A stretch of DNA of 64,000 nt from a virus. The notes beneath the pieces were generated by a model. That model was not told the DNA's origin. It ran no database searches and worked only from the letters and a program-made list of their open reading frames with translations. How positions within the stretch are numbered: the first letter of the stretch is position 1; every line of letters starts with the position of its first letter. Made by a program: the position numbers and the translations under genes. Positions 10,183-20,265 of this stretch are shown here, piece after piece. The DNA is taken from the IMG/VR virus record IMGVR_UViG_3300045988_179268, positions 96,001 through 160,000 of that record; one strand, 5' to 3'.

Positions 10183-13100
10183 ATGCGTGCGCACACCACA
10201 ATCACAGCTGAATCAGCAGTGACACCCCCTAACACCAATCCGAAAGGCGTTAGGGGGGTGTGGCGCACCCTGCTTGCCCTCCTAACCGCAACACTCCTAG
10301 CGTTTAGCCTCTACCCTGCGTTCAGTGTGAGTAGTGCGAATACTCAGCCTGCCCATGCGCTTGACGTGAATAAGTGGGTGATGTGCGATGCTTTCGGCAA
10401 AGACAGCTTGCCTGCCCGCCTGTACCAATATAGTCAAAGTAACGATTTGCAGTTCATGGCGTTCAGTAAGTCTGCCGCCGCCAGTGGACGCTCTAACCCT
10501 GATAGTGGCGCTAACATGCTACTCAAAGTTGTTGGTGTAGATATTGAGAAAAATAACCAACAACTTGTTATTGGTGGCACTGACGCGACTAACGGGGCTG
10601 GCTTCAACAAAGGTAACAAGCTGAATTTTTTTGATAGGTTCGGGCTGGGTGGCTACCAATTCACTGCCTATACAGGTGAGTGGAATTACTTGCGCATTGA
10701 CGCATGTGCGGCAAAGCCGGAAGCCAAAGACCCCAAAGCTAACCACTACTACGAAACCAGGCTCGACCCTACCGCAACTTGGGATAGGGCAAGTTCCAGC
10801 CTTGACCCGCGCACACAGATTTACGCCACTGGTCAGGGCGCACGCTACGCATCAGCCGCAGGAACCTACATCGGAAACATCCTTCTTGGCGCTACCACCT
10901 GGGTATTGGGGTTTTTCCTAGCACTCCTAGTCCTCAGCTTCAAAGATATTGCTAAGCTGATGGGCTTGACTGACATTCTCGTGGGCAACAACCCAGATGT
11001 ATTGGGCGGTATTTTGCGCCCGCTTCAAGAGAATTTCTTATTCCCATTCGCATCAATCATTGTACTAGGTGGACTACTTTTCCTAGTTAAGGGCATCATT
11101 CAGAATGATGGTGCCCGCGAAAAGTGGAAACGCTTCGGCATCGCCCTTTTCACAGGTATCTTCGCAGTATCATTCATCGCACTATCACCCAAACTACTAC
11201 CCCTCCCTAACCGTGCCGCCGCATGGGTTCAAAGCATCACCATTAAAGCGACCACACAGGAACTAACTAGCATGGGGGAATGGTGCTCCACTGAGGTAGG
11301 TAGTAAAAAGAGCACCTATAAAGCTGAGCAAGAAGGAAAGAGAGACGCATTTGAGACTGTCACAGATGAAGTGGCTCAGGTAGTCAGCGAGAACTATAGC
11401 GAAATTGTGGCTTCCCAGCTATCTTGCACATTCACGAAATTATTCGTCTTTGACCCCTGGGCACAGGGGCAGTTCGGAACTAACCCCAACCACCTGTGGG
11501 CTGAGGGTAAAGAGATTCCAGAATGGGCTAAAGACGGAAAGACCCTCGGCAATCACAACAGCAAGTGGGTTGGTGACGCAGGTGTACCTATGGGCGCTGA
11601 AACCTACCTCCACAACTGGGCAATCTACCAGTTATCAACCCAGACCACAAGCCATCTACAGACTGGCAATGAAACTGCCGGGAGGTCACGTGAAGCCCAA
11701 GGTGTATCTACCGACTGGTGGCGCGTTGTAGACGCACTCAGCAACTACGACGAAAAAGACGTTGAGCTGAAAGTTCCGCAAGCCCGCGACTTGCCAAGTA
11801 ATGTTTCTAATGGTGAGTGGGCGCGCCCTGCCGAAGCCGCAATGACCTCACCCTATGGAAACCGACCTGAACTTGGTGACGTGCATAAGGGTATTGACTT
11901 TGGCGCACAGTGTGGGGCACCCATCTATTCTGCTGGTAATGGCAAAGTGGTGTTCGCTCAGAAAGCGTCTGACGGCGCTAATGGTATCATTATTCAGCAT
12001 GACGGCGTTAGTACGATGTACTGGCACATGCAAGATGGCAGTTTGCAAGTCAAGGTTGGCGACGAAGTGAAAGCTGGACAGCAAATCGCTTCTAGTGGTG
12101 ACACTGGGCACGCATACGGTTGTCACCTTCACTTTGAAGTCCGTCCTGGCACCGACTGGGGTAACCAGGATAATGTTACTGACCCGCAAGCGTGGCTCAA
12201 AGAACGCAATATTGACGTAACCAAAGAGAAAGACGGACTGTCCCCTCATGCCGCCGCCGTCAGTACAGGTAACTCCAGCTCCGCTGTTGAAATTACCCGT
12301 GGCGCACAGGATATGGACTCCAAACCTCTTGCGGCGTGGAACACCTGGGTAGGCTCTTCCAGCGGTGCCCGCGTCGGCGTAGGGCTGTCTGCCCTCATCG
12401 TCGCTATTATCGCTCTTGCAGTACCGTCAATCCTTGCGCTAATGACTGCAATCTTAAGCGTACTGATTCAGCTATACATCCTTGTTGTGCCTTTTGCCGC
12501 ACTTGCCCTAATGACCTCCACTAAGCGAGGCATCGCATTTGCCAAGAAATACGGCAAGATGGCTCTCTACCTGTACTTCGCTAGGATAGGTTTGGGTCTG
12601 CTTCTCACCCTATCGGTGGTATTCGTATTATGGGGCTACAGCATCATGGCGACAGTCGGATTCTGGCAAGGCGTAGTTGTCATAGCCCTACTCTCACTGG
12701 CTCTATGGCTGATGAAAAACCGCATCCTCGCGTTTGCAGAAACTTACGCGGGTGGTCTAGTGCGAAAGCCTATGGAAGCGCTAGACAATATCGGTCTAGG
12801 TTTCAAGAGGCTAACGGGTATCGGTACTGCATCTGTAGTAAGTGGTGTTACAGCTAAGCGTGCAGGTGGTTCATTCCTGCAAGCCGCAAGTATTGCCGCC
12901 GCTGATAAGAAACGCGATATTGCCAATGAATCCAAATTTGGTCGCCTGACACTCCGTGCATCAAACAAAGCTAACGAGTTTGCACCGTCAAGGCTCCTCA
13001 AGCCTCAAGGTCATACCCCTACGGTGGATGACGCTGAGCTACTTGTCTGCTCGAACTGTAAGCGAACCTATAAGCATGGGGAAATGAACATGTTTATGGA

Positions 13101-13662
13101 TAAGCTTACAAAGCGCATGTACTGTCAGAGGTGTAAGTCCGAAGGTCTTATCCCAAATAGTGAGCTACTTGTTCCTATTAAGAATAAGGCTGACGAGGAG
13201 AAAGCTAAGAAACGCATGAAGCCAACTAACGATACGTACCTCACAATGGCACTGGCACAGCCAGAACTGCAACGTGAAAACGTGAAGAGTGACGCTGACG
13301 CTTTCAAAGCTTACAAGACTTTGACTACAGCGGCGGCGGACAGTATGGCAAGGCATCACCGAAGCGCCCTCGATGAACGTCAAAAGAGCGTTATTGTGTA
13401 CGAGTTGCCCGAAGCATTAAAGCCATACTTCAACGTAGACGCATACAACATCGCCCGCGATAACGACGACTTCGAAAAGATGCGCCGCCATTGGGGACTA
13501 GCAATCCACAAATACATCCAGGAAGAACTCGGATACAAAATTAACCGAACCCCGGAAGAAACACTAAACGACATTGTTCGCACAAGTGACGGCTATAGTC
13601 CGTGGTGGATGCTAGACCCAAACGCTAAACGAAATGACGAAGGCAACCAGACGGATGAGTAA
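10183..13662 (+). CDS. giant membrane protein with M23 (LytM-type) peptidoglycan endopeptidase domain and C-terminal CxxC..CxxC zinc-ribbon-like motif
   Basis: M23 signatures HKGIDF (from 11884) and GHAYGCHLHFEV (~12124). Signal/TM segments flank the domain. CSNC...CQRC lies at 13048-13134. Confidence 0.85.
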   Translation: MRAHTTITAESAVTPPNTNPKGVRGVWRTLLALLTATLLAFSLYPAFSVSSANTQPAHALDVNKWVMCDAFGKDSLPARLYQYSQSNDLQFMAFSKSAAASGRSNPDSGANMLLKVVGVDIEKNNQQLVIGGTDATNGAGFNKGNKLNFFDRFGLGGYQFTAYTGEWNYLRIDACAAKPEAKDPKANHYYETRLDPTATWDRASSSLDPRTQIYATGQGARYASAAGTYIGNILLGATTWVLGFFLALLVLSFKDIAKLMGLTDILVGNNPDVLGGILRPLQENFLFPFASIIVLGGLLFLVKGIIQNDGAREKWKRFGIALFTGIFAVSFIALSPKLLPLPNRAAAWVQSITIKATTQELTSMGEWCSTEVGSKKSTYKAEQEGKRDAFETVTDEVAQVVSENYSEIVASQLSCTFTKLFVFDPWAQGQFGTNPNHLWAEGKEIPEWAKDGKTLGNHNSKWVGDAGVPMGAETYLHNWAIYQLSTQTTSHLQTGNETAGRSREAQGVSTDWWRVVDALSNYDEKDVELKVPQARDLPSNVSNGEWARPAEAAMTSPYGNRPELGDVHKGIDFGAQCGAPIYSAGNGKVVFAQKASDGANGIIIQHDGVSTMYWHMQDGSLQVKVGDEVKAGQQIASSGDTGHAYGCHLHFEVRPGTDWGNQDNVTDPQAWLKERNIDVTKEKDGLSPHAAAVSTGNSSSAVEITRGAQDMDSKPLAAWNTWVGSSSGARVGVGLSALIVAIIALAVPSILALMTAILSVLIQLYILVVPFAALALMTSTKRGIAFAKKYGKMALYLYFARIGLGLLLTLSVVFVLWGYSIMATVGFWQGVVVIALLSLALWLMKNRILAFAETYAGGLVRKPMEALDNIGLGFKRLTGIGTASVVSGVTAKRAGGSFLQAASIAAADKKRDIANESKFGRLTLRASNKANEFAPSRLLKPQGHTPTVDDAELLVCSNCKRTYKHGEMNMFMDKLTKRMYCQRCKSEGLIPNSELLVPIKNKADEEKAKKRMKPTNDTYLTMALAQPELQRENVKSDADAFKAYKTLTTAAADSMARHHRSALDERQKSVIVYELPEALKPYFNVDAYNIARDNDDFEKMRRHWGLAIHKYIQEELGYKINRTPEETLNDIVRTSDGYSPWWMLDPNAKRNDEGNQTDE

Positions 13663-13747
13663 AAACATCCCCAAATCGGTTCGACCATAAAGTAACCAAC
13701 CGGCTAAACTAAATAAGTAACATAAATTTCTACAGGAAGAGGCACCC

Positions 13748-14314
13748 TTGAGGTCATTTGCCGCACCGCTAACCGTCGTTACTGGCAACACTACCGCACC
13801 AGCAACGTTGAGGACTACCCCTAACGGGCAAAAAGTCCTTAACGTGACGGTTGCAACAACTCCACAGCGCCGCGACCAGCAGACTGGAACCTGGCACGAC
13901 AGGGGTACGTCCCAGTTCTACACTGCTACCTTCTGGAATGATGATGCAGAGGCAGTAGCGCAGACTCTAACCCATAAGGGCATCTCCGTTGTGCTTATGG
14001 GCGACTTGGTGGAAACCGAAGTTGAATCCAAGAAGAACCCTGGCACTATGGTGCGTACCAAGAACATCGAGAACCCGCTTATTGCGCCATTGTCTAATAA
14101 GCGTCAAGCAGTAGTTGTAACCCCTCTCGAATATCAAGGCGGCGGCGCACCGGGACAGTACAGCCAGCAGGCACAGCCTGCGTACCAGAACCAGGGCGCA
14201 CCCGCTCAGGGGCAGAATTACAATAACGGCTGGAACGCTAATCAGCAGGCACAGCCTAGCTACGGTGAGCAGTGGAGCAACACGCCCGCTGGCGAAGATG
14301 CACCTCCCTTCTAA
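13748..14314 (+). CDS. ssb: single-stranded DNA-binding protein
   Basis: OB-fold-like N-terminus (LTVVTGNTTAPATLRTTPNGQKVLNVTVA..W..F), a G/Q/N/P-rich linker and an acidic tip EDAPPF. TTG start follows GGAAGAGG. Confidence 0.9.
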   Translation: MRSFAAPLTVVTGNTTAPATLRTTPNGQKVLNVTVATTPQRRDQQTGTWHDRGTSQFYTATFWNDDAEAVAQTLTHKGISVVLMGDLVETEVESKKNPGTMVRTKNIENPLIAPLSNKRQAVVVTPLEYQGGGAPGQYSQQAQPAYQNQGAPAQGQNYNNGWNANQQAQPSYGEQWSNTPAGEDAPPF

Positions 14315-14346
14315 AACAAGGCGGAGAAGCATAACTTAATATAGGT

Positions 14347-14386
14347 AAGGCACCTGGCATCTGTTTTATTAGATGCCAGGTGCCTT
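14347..14386 (+). terminator. rho-independent terminator
   Basis: 16-bp stem aaggcacctggcatct / agatgccaggtgcctt with loop gttttatt. Confidence 0.75.
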
Positions 14387-14401
14387 CGCTATGTTTCCTC
14401 T

Positions 14402-15571
14402 ATGGGAAATTATACGATACCGACAATTCTGCTTGTCCTCTACCTCATGCTCCTACCCGCCGTATCTTTTGCTTTGAAACGGTGGGATAAAAGTCGTGAG
14501 ATGAAGCTTATGGTGGACAATAAGGCGAAGAAAAAATCAGACCAGAGCGTATATAACCCAATTCACCCGACCTGGAAAGAGCGTCTAAAATACGCGAATA
14601 GCGACAAGCGCCATGTCGCCTTCAAGTTACATCCCCTTGTTATTAAAATGATGCCTAAGCCAGAGGTTGAAGAGGGTAAAGAGCCTGAGAAGCCGAAAGA
14701 AACTTTTGAGCTACCTCAGGTTCAGCGGCGCATGGTTACCCTTGGGGCACTGCTTTTAGGTGCGGTGTGCGCTTTTGTAGCGGCGCTTACGCCAATTCCG
14801 CATGTCTTGCTTATCTTGTCGCTGGTTCTTTGGGGTGCATACGTCGTAATTTCCCTTATATCCCCACGATGGTTCCTCAGTGAGAAAGCGAAAGTTACAC
14901 GAAAGCTCACTGACGCGGCAGAGAAGAAACTCAAAATCCCCAAGGAACTTGCCCCCGGCTGTTGGACTGTTGAATCATGGGATGACGAGACAAACCTAGA
15001 ACCAACAAAGCTAACCTTCGACATCAGCTCTGGCTTCACGGAAGGCACTGACCAGGCACTACTAAAAAACCTGAACGCAGTGCTCACCAACACCCGAACC
15101 TATGTCCTAGATGATGAAGACGGCAAGAACCCCATCGACCAAAAAGATGGCATCCTTCGCGTCCGCGCGAAACCGCCCATGCCTGTCATGGCAACGTTCG
15201 ACCCATACTATATTTTTGCCCCTGGTATTGAAGCGGGCGCTTTCGCTATCGGATTAGGTGACTCCGGTGGCGCTCAGTTACCCATTAAAGAGGGTAGCGA
15301 CACTATGGTTCAGGTTATCTATGTGAACATGTCTGGTGAAGCCGAAAAATATGCAAGCAAGCACGGCTTAAATATGGTCGCGCCACCAACCCCAATGGTT
15401 CTTATCATGGGTCCTACCGGCTCAGGTAAAGCACAGGCAATCACTGACCTTATCGAACGTACCCAGTTCTACGTATTCATTGACGGCGTTAAGACCATCG
15501 TTGAGGACATTCCTTATGACCCAGACAACCCGACACAACCCAAACCCCAATGGTCACAGGGGCAAGCCTAA
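14402..15571 (+). CDS. FtsK/SpoIIIE/TcpA-like DNA-translocase (coupling-protein candidate), N-terminal part with TM helices and Walker A
   Basis: N-terminal and central TM helices. Walker A MGPTGSGKA at 15410-15430. The ORF stops at 15571, before any Walker B. Confidence 0.6.
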   Translation: MGNYTIPTILLVLYLMLLPAVSFALKRWDKSREMKLMVDNKAKKKSDQSVYNPIHPTWKERLKYANSDKRHVAFKLHPLVIKMMPKPEVEEGKEPEKPKETFELPQVQRRMVTLGALLLGAVCAFVAALTPIPHVLLILSLVLWGAYVVISLISPRWFLSEKAKVTRKLTDAAEKKLKIPKELAPGCWTVESWDDETNLEPTKLTFDISSGFTEGTDQALLKNLNAVLTNTRTYVLDDEDGKNPIDQKDGILRVRAKPPMPVMATFDPYYIFAPGIEAGAFAIGLGDSGGAQLPIKEGSDTMVQVIYVNMSGEAEKYASKHGLNMVAPPTPMVLIMGPTGSGKAQAITDLIERTQFYVFIDGVKTIVEDIPYDPDNPTQPKPQWSQGQA

Positions 15572-16562
15572 GAAGCGTGTTCGACCGGGCGAAACAATCA
15601 CTATCGGTGGACGAACGCTAACTGTTGCACAGCGCAAGAAACCTAAACCGCCTAAAAAGTTTACCCATATTCCAGGTAGCGCACTTGACCTTGATTTGCG
15701 CATTAACACCGGCAAATTTGCGCCTGCCGGATTCAGCATTGATGTCGTTAGCTCATCATGGGGAGGCGCTAGTGTATTCACGCCAAGCGTAGACCCGCAC
15801 TACGGCATCTTTATTGATGACGAGGAGGAAGTACTTTGCGAAATCATGGAGAACCTTGCTGTTAGCAGAAAAGCGAGGCGGGGCGCTACCACTTGGCAAG
15901 CCCCTGTACGGGTTATCGACTGCACACCTACAGGTGAGTTTAAGAAGCGCAAGTTCCCCACGTCAATTGTCAGTAACACCTACTATGCAGAAGCGGCAAA
16001 TCAAGAGCTGAGAGTTTTAAAGCATCTAGCTACAGCGATACATGCTATCACTGAGAAAAGCATTGCGGCGGGCGCTACAGCACCTCCCAATAGGCATTAT
16101 GACCTCATGCTCTTATGGCTGACACCTGAACAAGCTGAAAACCTTGCGACCCATCACTCAGACCTGCTGGCATATGTAGCTGATACTGGCGGCACCATGC
16201 ACATTCCAGTTATCTTCATGGTGATAGGCGAAGCCCGCAAAGCAGATACATTCACAAAAATGCTTTCGCGAGCAATATTCATTGGCGAAAACAATAAGTC
16301 ATACATCCATGAAACCATCAATCAGCTAGTCGAAAGTGAAACAGGTAAACCTGTCCGCATTATCGACACAACTGCCAACAGATACCCGTTGGGATACGAA
16401 CCTGTATGGAACCCTAAGAGAAATATATTTCAATTAGCCTCGCTTTACACATTCAAGAGTCATGGCGTGTCTCTCAAAGGAACCTACCAGCAAGAAGCTA
16501 AAAACCACAACAAAGACATTTGGGACAGCTTCTTATCCAGTATCAATACCAGTGAACAATAG
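15480..16562 (+). CDS. continuation of the FtsK/TcpA-like ATPase in the +1 frame (Walker B part); split gene, frameshift or pseudogene
   Basis: Walker-B-like GIFIDDEEE at 15807-15830, ~129 codons after the Walker A lysine. This frame is open from 15372. Overlaps the previous ORF by 92 nt. Confidence 0.5.
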   Translation: MTALRPSLRTFLMTQTTRHNPNPNGHRGKPKKRVRPGETITIGGRTLTVAQRKKPKPPKKFTHIPGSALDLDLRINTGKFAPAGFSIDVVSSSWGGASVFTPSVDPHYGIFIDDEEEVLCEIMENLAVSRKARRGATTWQAPVRVIDCTPTGEFKKRKFPTSIVSNTYYAEAANQELRVLKHLATAIHAITEKSIAAGATAPPNRHYDLMLLWLTPEQAENLATHHSDLLAYVADTGGTMHIPVIFMVIGEARKADTFTKMLSRAIFIGENNKSYIHETINQLVESETGKPVRIIDTTANRYPLGYEPVWNPKRNIFQLASLYTFKSHGVSLKGTYQQEAKNHNKDIWDSFLSSINTSEQ

Positions 16563-16575
16563 CTACGGAGAACCA

Positions 16576-17484
16576 ATGCCCACTCAAACAACCGACACTA
16601 AAGAGACTACCCCTGAGCCACCCCGCATCACCTGGGAAGACCTCAATAAGCTACCTCAAAAATACCAGATTCACACTTCAACCGAAGTGGTGACAGTTGG
16701 CGACCTGCGCAAAGGCGACTGGGTACGTGACGATGAGAATAACATCCAGCCAATCCTCCACCTATTCCCAATACACGTACCTGCCCGCCAATTCGAAATT
16801 CAGCTAATCACAGGAGCCAAAGGAAAATACGGCGACACACACCTCATCAAATACACTATGGAAACAGACCGCCACCTATTCCATGAACGCCTCAAACACT
16901 CCCGCCGCGCCCTAAAACAGCTCAGCAAGAAGTCAATTAGCGTCTTAGAATATATGGCTGACCTGCCAAGTGACAAGAACCCACCTTGTACGGCACACAA
17001 CCTATTTATGGCGCTTTCACCGCACACATGGGGAAGTGCCCTATCCTGGAACGGCGCTAACGACACCGCCGATATTGCCAATCTGCGCGTAACCATCAAT
17101 AGGGTACTTGAAGCAATCGGTCCCATCGCGGAAGACACCATCAACTACAGGGATTTTGCGGCTATGTTTTTCCCCGAGACACTGGAAGCCGAAGAAAACC
17201 CCCTTGAGACATCCACCACAGAGGTAGTACGGAGATACGACACACAAAAAGCGGCACAGCAACTACTGCTACTCCTAAATACTCGAAAGTATGCCAAGAA
17301 GTACGCCAAGAAGCTCCCGTGGTACTGGTATATGAACCCCGGAAGGTACAACTATGGCGGCATTGAAATCGGTCACATCGTCACAGCAGAAGAACTCTAT
17401 GAGCTGTCCAAACAACTAAAAGAAGCCGAAACTAATGACAAAGAAGCCGATAATAGCCTAGTGGATATTGAGCTTCCAAATTAA
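16576..17484 (+). CDS. hypothetical protein
   Basis: The tracked ORF starts at 16462, but ATG 16576 follows GGAG (16567-16570) and avoids the overlap. The segment VVTVGDLRKGDWVRDDENNIQPI is only weakly Hint-like. Confidence 0.5.
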   Translation: MPTQTTDTKETTPEPPRITWEDLNKLPQKYQIHTSTEVVTVGDLRKGDWVRDDENNIQPILHLFPIHVPARQFEIQLITGAKGKYGDTHLIKYTMETDRHLFHERLKHSRRALKQLSKKSISVLEYMADLPSDKNPPCTAHNLFMALSPHTWGSALSWNGANDTADIANLRVTINRVLEAIGPIAEDTINYRDFAAMFFPETLEAEENPLETSTTEVVRRYDTQKAAQQLLLLLNTRKYAKKYAKKLPWYWYMNPGRYNYGGIEIGHIVTAEELYELSKQLKEAETNDKEADNSLVDIELPN

Positions 17485-17573
17485 CCCCCAAATCTAGCAT
17501 GTGGCACTAGCAAGCCGCGTGCTAGACTTGTCTCTGCTAAGTAATTTAAGAGGCACCAGACCATGAGGACGAC

Positions 17574-19010
17574 ATGCGTAACCAAGGAAACGAACTGCAC
17601 AAAAAGTACGTTGAACTACAGCACTGGGTTATTGGGGTAACCCTAGCTGACCCAGAAAACCACGCCCACGCACTCATCAACAAGGTTCACCCTAACGCCA
17701 TTCAAGAACCATCGCTAACACCCATCAGGAACGCGATTAAGCAAATTGTTGAAGATGGAGGAGCACCACCAACAGGTAGCGACGTTGCCCTCTGGTTGCA
17801 AAGATATGACCAGGCGGGCTACAATGCCGCCGGTCAAGAAGCAGGTATTGCAAACCTTGTAGACATGGGCGAGGAAGCCATTGTTGAGCACAATAATATC
17901 TCCATCATCCATGAGACGCTAAACGCCGCCGCATTTCATTCAGAGGTGCAAGACCTCACCAGCCGCTTCTACAACAACATTGAATCGGTTCCATACAGTG
18001 AGCTTTCAAGCTTTGCAGAGCAAGCTATCCAGAAACTTCAAGACCTCCGCGTGTCCTACTCGTCAAACGTTGATGAGTACACACATACGGCGGCTGAAAT
18101 TATGGAAGACCTTGACAAAGAGCTTAAAGAGATTAAAGCTGGTGGAAAGCAACTAGGTATCCCTCTGCGCAACTTTCCGCGTCTCAGCCAATACATTGGT
18201 GGTCTACAGCCAGGCAACCTTACTGTCGTTGCCGCGCGCCCTGCAATCGGCAAGACAACTTTCTGCTGTAACATTATCGCCCCGTTGTGCGAGGCGGGTC
18301 TTAGCGTGCAATTTTTCTCTATCGAAATGGGTTCGAAAGAGATTATGAAAAACATTCTGTCCTGCCGTTATGGAATCCCCCGCCCAGACTTCCATAAAGA
18401 AGAAGGGCTGACCCCTCAGATGGAAGAAGTCTTTGATGCGGCAAAGCCAAAAATCTCGCACTGGAAGTTCAGGACTGTCGAAAAAAGCGGCATCAACGTC
18501 ATGGAAATTCGACAGAAAGCAAAAGAGCTTGCAGAATCCGAAGATGGGCTGGATGTCGTAGTCGTAGACTACATCCAAATCGTTAAGCCTGACCAAGACA
18601 AAGGAACGACGCAGGACAACCTAGCTTACGTAACATACCAACTGAAATTCCTTGCAATGGAACTAGGTGTGCCAGTAGTAGCCACATGTCAGCTTGCTCG
18701 ACCGGCAACGAACGAGAAAGAGCAACCGCCCACAGCGTCCAGTATTCGAGGCTCTGACGCAATCTTCCAAGCGGCGAACCACCTTATTGGTCTGCATCGT
18801 GACCGTGAAGAGATGCCTGACACTACAGACATGCTTATTCTTAAGAACCGCTCAGGTCCCGCCGACATCACTATCCCCGTCGATACAGCGCTAAATATCT
18901 GTTTCTTCGCGGAAGATATGAACGAAATCTTAGCGGCACAGCGACGCGAAGATATTGCCAGCCCAGCACCTATCGAACCATCAAGGGCGTACAGTATTGA
19001 CGACTACTAA
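17574..19010 (+). CDS. dnaB: replicative DNA helicase DnaB
   Basis: Walker A ARPAIGKTTF, Walker B VVVDYIQIV and CQLAR/arginine-finger-like motifs. N-terminal DnaB-type helical domain. ~478 aa. Confidence 0.9.
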   Translation: MRNQGNELHKKYVELQHWVIGVTLADPENHAHALINKVHPNAIQEPSLTPIRNAIKQIVEDGGAPPTGSDVALWLQRYDQAGYNAAGQEAGIANLVDMGEEAIVEHNNISIIHETLNAAAFHSEVQDLTSRFYNNIESVPYSELSSFAEQAIQKLQDLRVSYSSNVDEYTHTAAEIMEDLDKELKEIKAGGKQLGIPLRNFPRLSQYIGGLQPGNLTVVAARPAIGKTTFCCNIIAPLCEAGLSVQFFSIEMGSKEIMKNILSCRYGIPRPDFHKEEGLTPQMEEVFDAAKPKISHWKFRTVEKSGINVMEIRQKAKELAESEDGLDVVVVDYIQIVKPDQDKGTTQDNLAYVTYQLKFLAMELGVPVVATCQLARPATNEKEQPPTASSIRGSDAIFQAANHLIGLHRDREEMPDTTDMLILKNRSGPADITIPVDTALNICFFAEDMNEILAAQRREDIASPAPIEPSRAYSIDDY

Positions 19011-19026
19011 GAGAAAGAAAGAATAA

Positions 19027-19386
19027 ATGCTAGTGCCCGGTATTGACTACCAGCCACTTAAAGAACTTGACGACCCTAAACACCGCACGACGGAACAACG
19101 TCTAGCAATTTTTAAAACAGTCTATGCTGACAGAGTGCGCCCCCAAGCGACCTATGGAAATTATTTCAGGAGATGGGGTCACGGAAGAATCTTCGGCACG
19201 ATTTTCCGAATCTACGAAAAGAAAATTATGCCCCAAAACGAGGTGAAACCCGAAGACTTTTCCGCTATCCTTGAAAGCATGTATAAGAAAGGCGTGCTCA
19301 TTACAGAGCAGTCATACGAAACGTTCCAGCGGGACTACCTAAAGAAGCGTGAAAGTGAGGTTGAATATGGCGACTGGGAAACGTAG
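19027..19386 (+). CDS. hypothetical protein
   Basis: 119-aa ORF directly after dnaB. Confidence 0.5.
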   Translation: MLVPGIDYQPLKELDDPKHRTTEQRLAIFKTVYADRVRPQATYGNYFRRWGHGRIFGTIFRIYEKKIMPQNEVKPEDFSAILESMYKKGVLITEQSYETFQRDYLKKRESEVEYGDWET

Positions 19387-20233
19387 CAAAAAGGCTGTAC
19401 ACAGCCTACAGGCTCTAACAGACTCCCTCGCGGCAGAACGCAATAACGCGCCTCACAATGCGGACGGTTTCAATAAGCCCATTTATAGGCATAATGAAAT
19501 CAACTACGACGCGCTTAATAACGTGGTTAATGAGATGGGCGAACGTGGCGGCGAACGCATCAAAGTGAATAACCGTGAACTTATTGAAGCGACTCTTGAT
19601 AAATTCGAGACGACGCTCATGCCTAAGCTTTACCGAGGGAAAAGCAGTCTCGTAACACTTTCAAGAAGTGACCATAACGGCGTTTCGGGCTTGGCTAAGA
19701 AAATAATGAGCACTCTTGATAAAGCGCCTAACCAGCGTGTCCCCTTGTTCATTCACATGCCAGATGTGATGGTCGATGCAAATATGCACGCATGGGGTGC
19801 AATTATGCGGTACGTTGCGAGAGGGCTACTCATCTCTTCACGATTTGTGAAAGTAGATGAGAGTGAGCTTCTTACCAAGAACAGGTCAGGTTTTACCGGC
19901 ACTCAGAAAAACGCGAGCCTTACGGAACAGAAAGCTGACGTGGTACTTTTTTCTGCCGCTGACATTGATGCGTACAACCCAACAGAAGCGGCAACCCTGG
20001 CAATGCTTTTCCGCCACTGGGCTGAGAGTGAAACAGCGGTTATAGTTGTATCGCCTCGACCCTTTGAAACCTGGCTAAGTCGCTTACCTCGCGAGGTTCA
20101 ACCAATGGTTGCTACACTGTTTGCAGGGAACATTATAGAACCCCCACGGAAGGCAAATGGCAACCGTAGGGCAGGCGCTAAATCTCAGGCTTCCACGCAG
20201 GGACTTAACCACGCCGCCCTACAGGGTCTTTAA
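19367..20233 (+). CDS. hypothetical protein
   Basis: ATG 19367 after GTGAGG is preferred over the tracked start 19349. No P-loop seen. Confidence 0.5.
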   Translation: MATGKRSKKAVHSLQALTDSLAAERNNAPHNADGFNKPIYRHNEINYDALNNVVNEMGERGGERIKVNNRELIEATLDKFETTLMPKLYRGKSSLVTLSRSDHNGVSGLAKKIMSTLDKAPNQRVPLFIHMPDVMVDANMHAWGAIMRYVARGLLISSRFVKVDESELLTKNRSGFTGTQKNASLTEQKADVVLFSAADIDAYNPTEAATLAMLFRHWAESETAVIVVSPRPFETWLSRLPREVQPMVATLFAGNIIEPPRKANGNRRAGAKSQASTQGLNHAALQGL

Positions 20234-20265
20234 CCATATTTCACCCAACTAAGGAGAACTAACCC

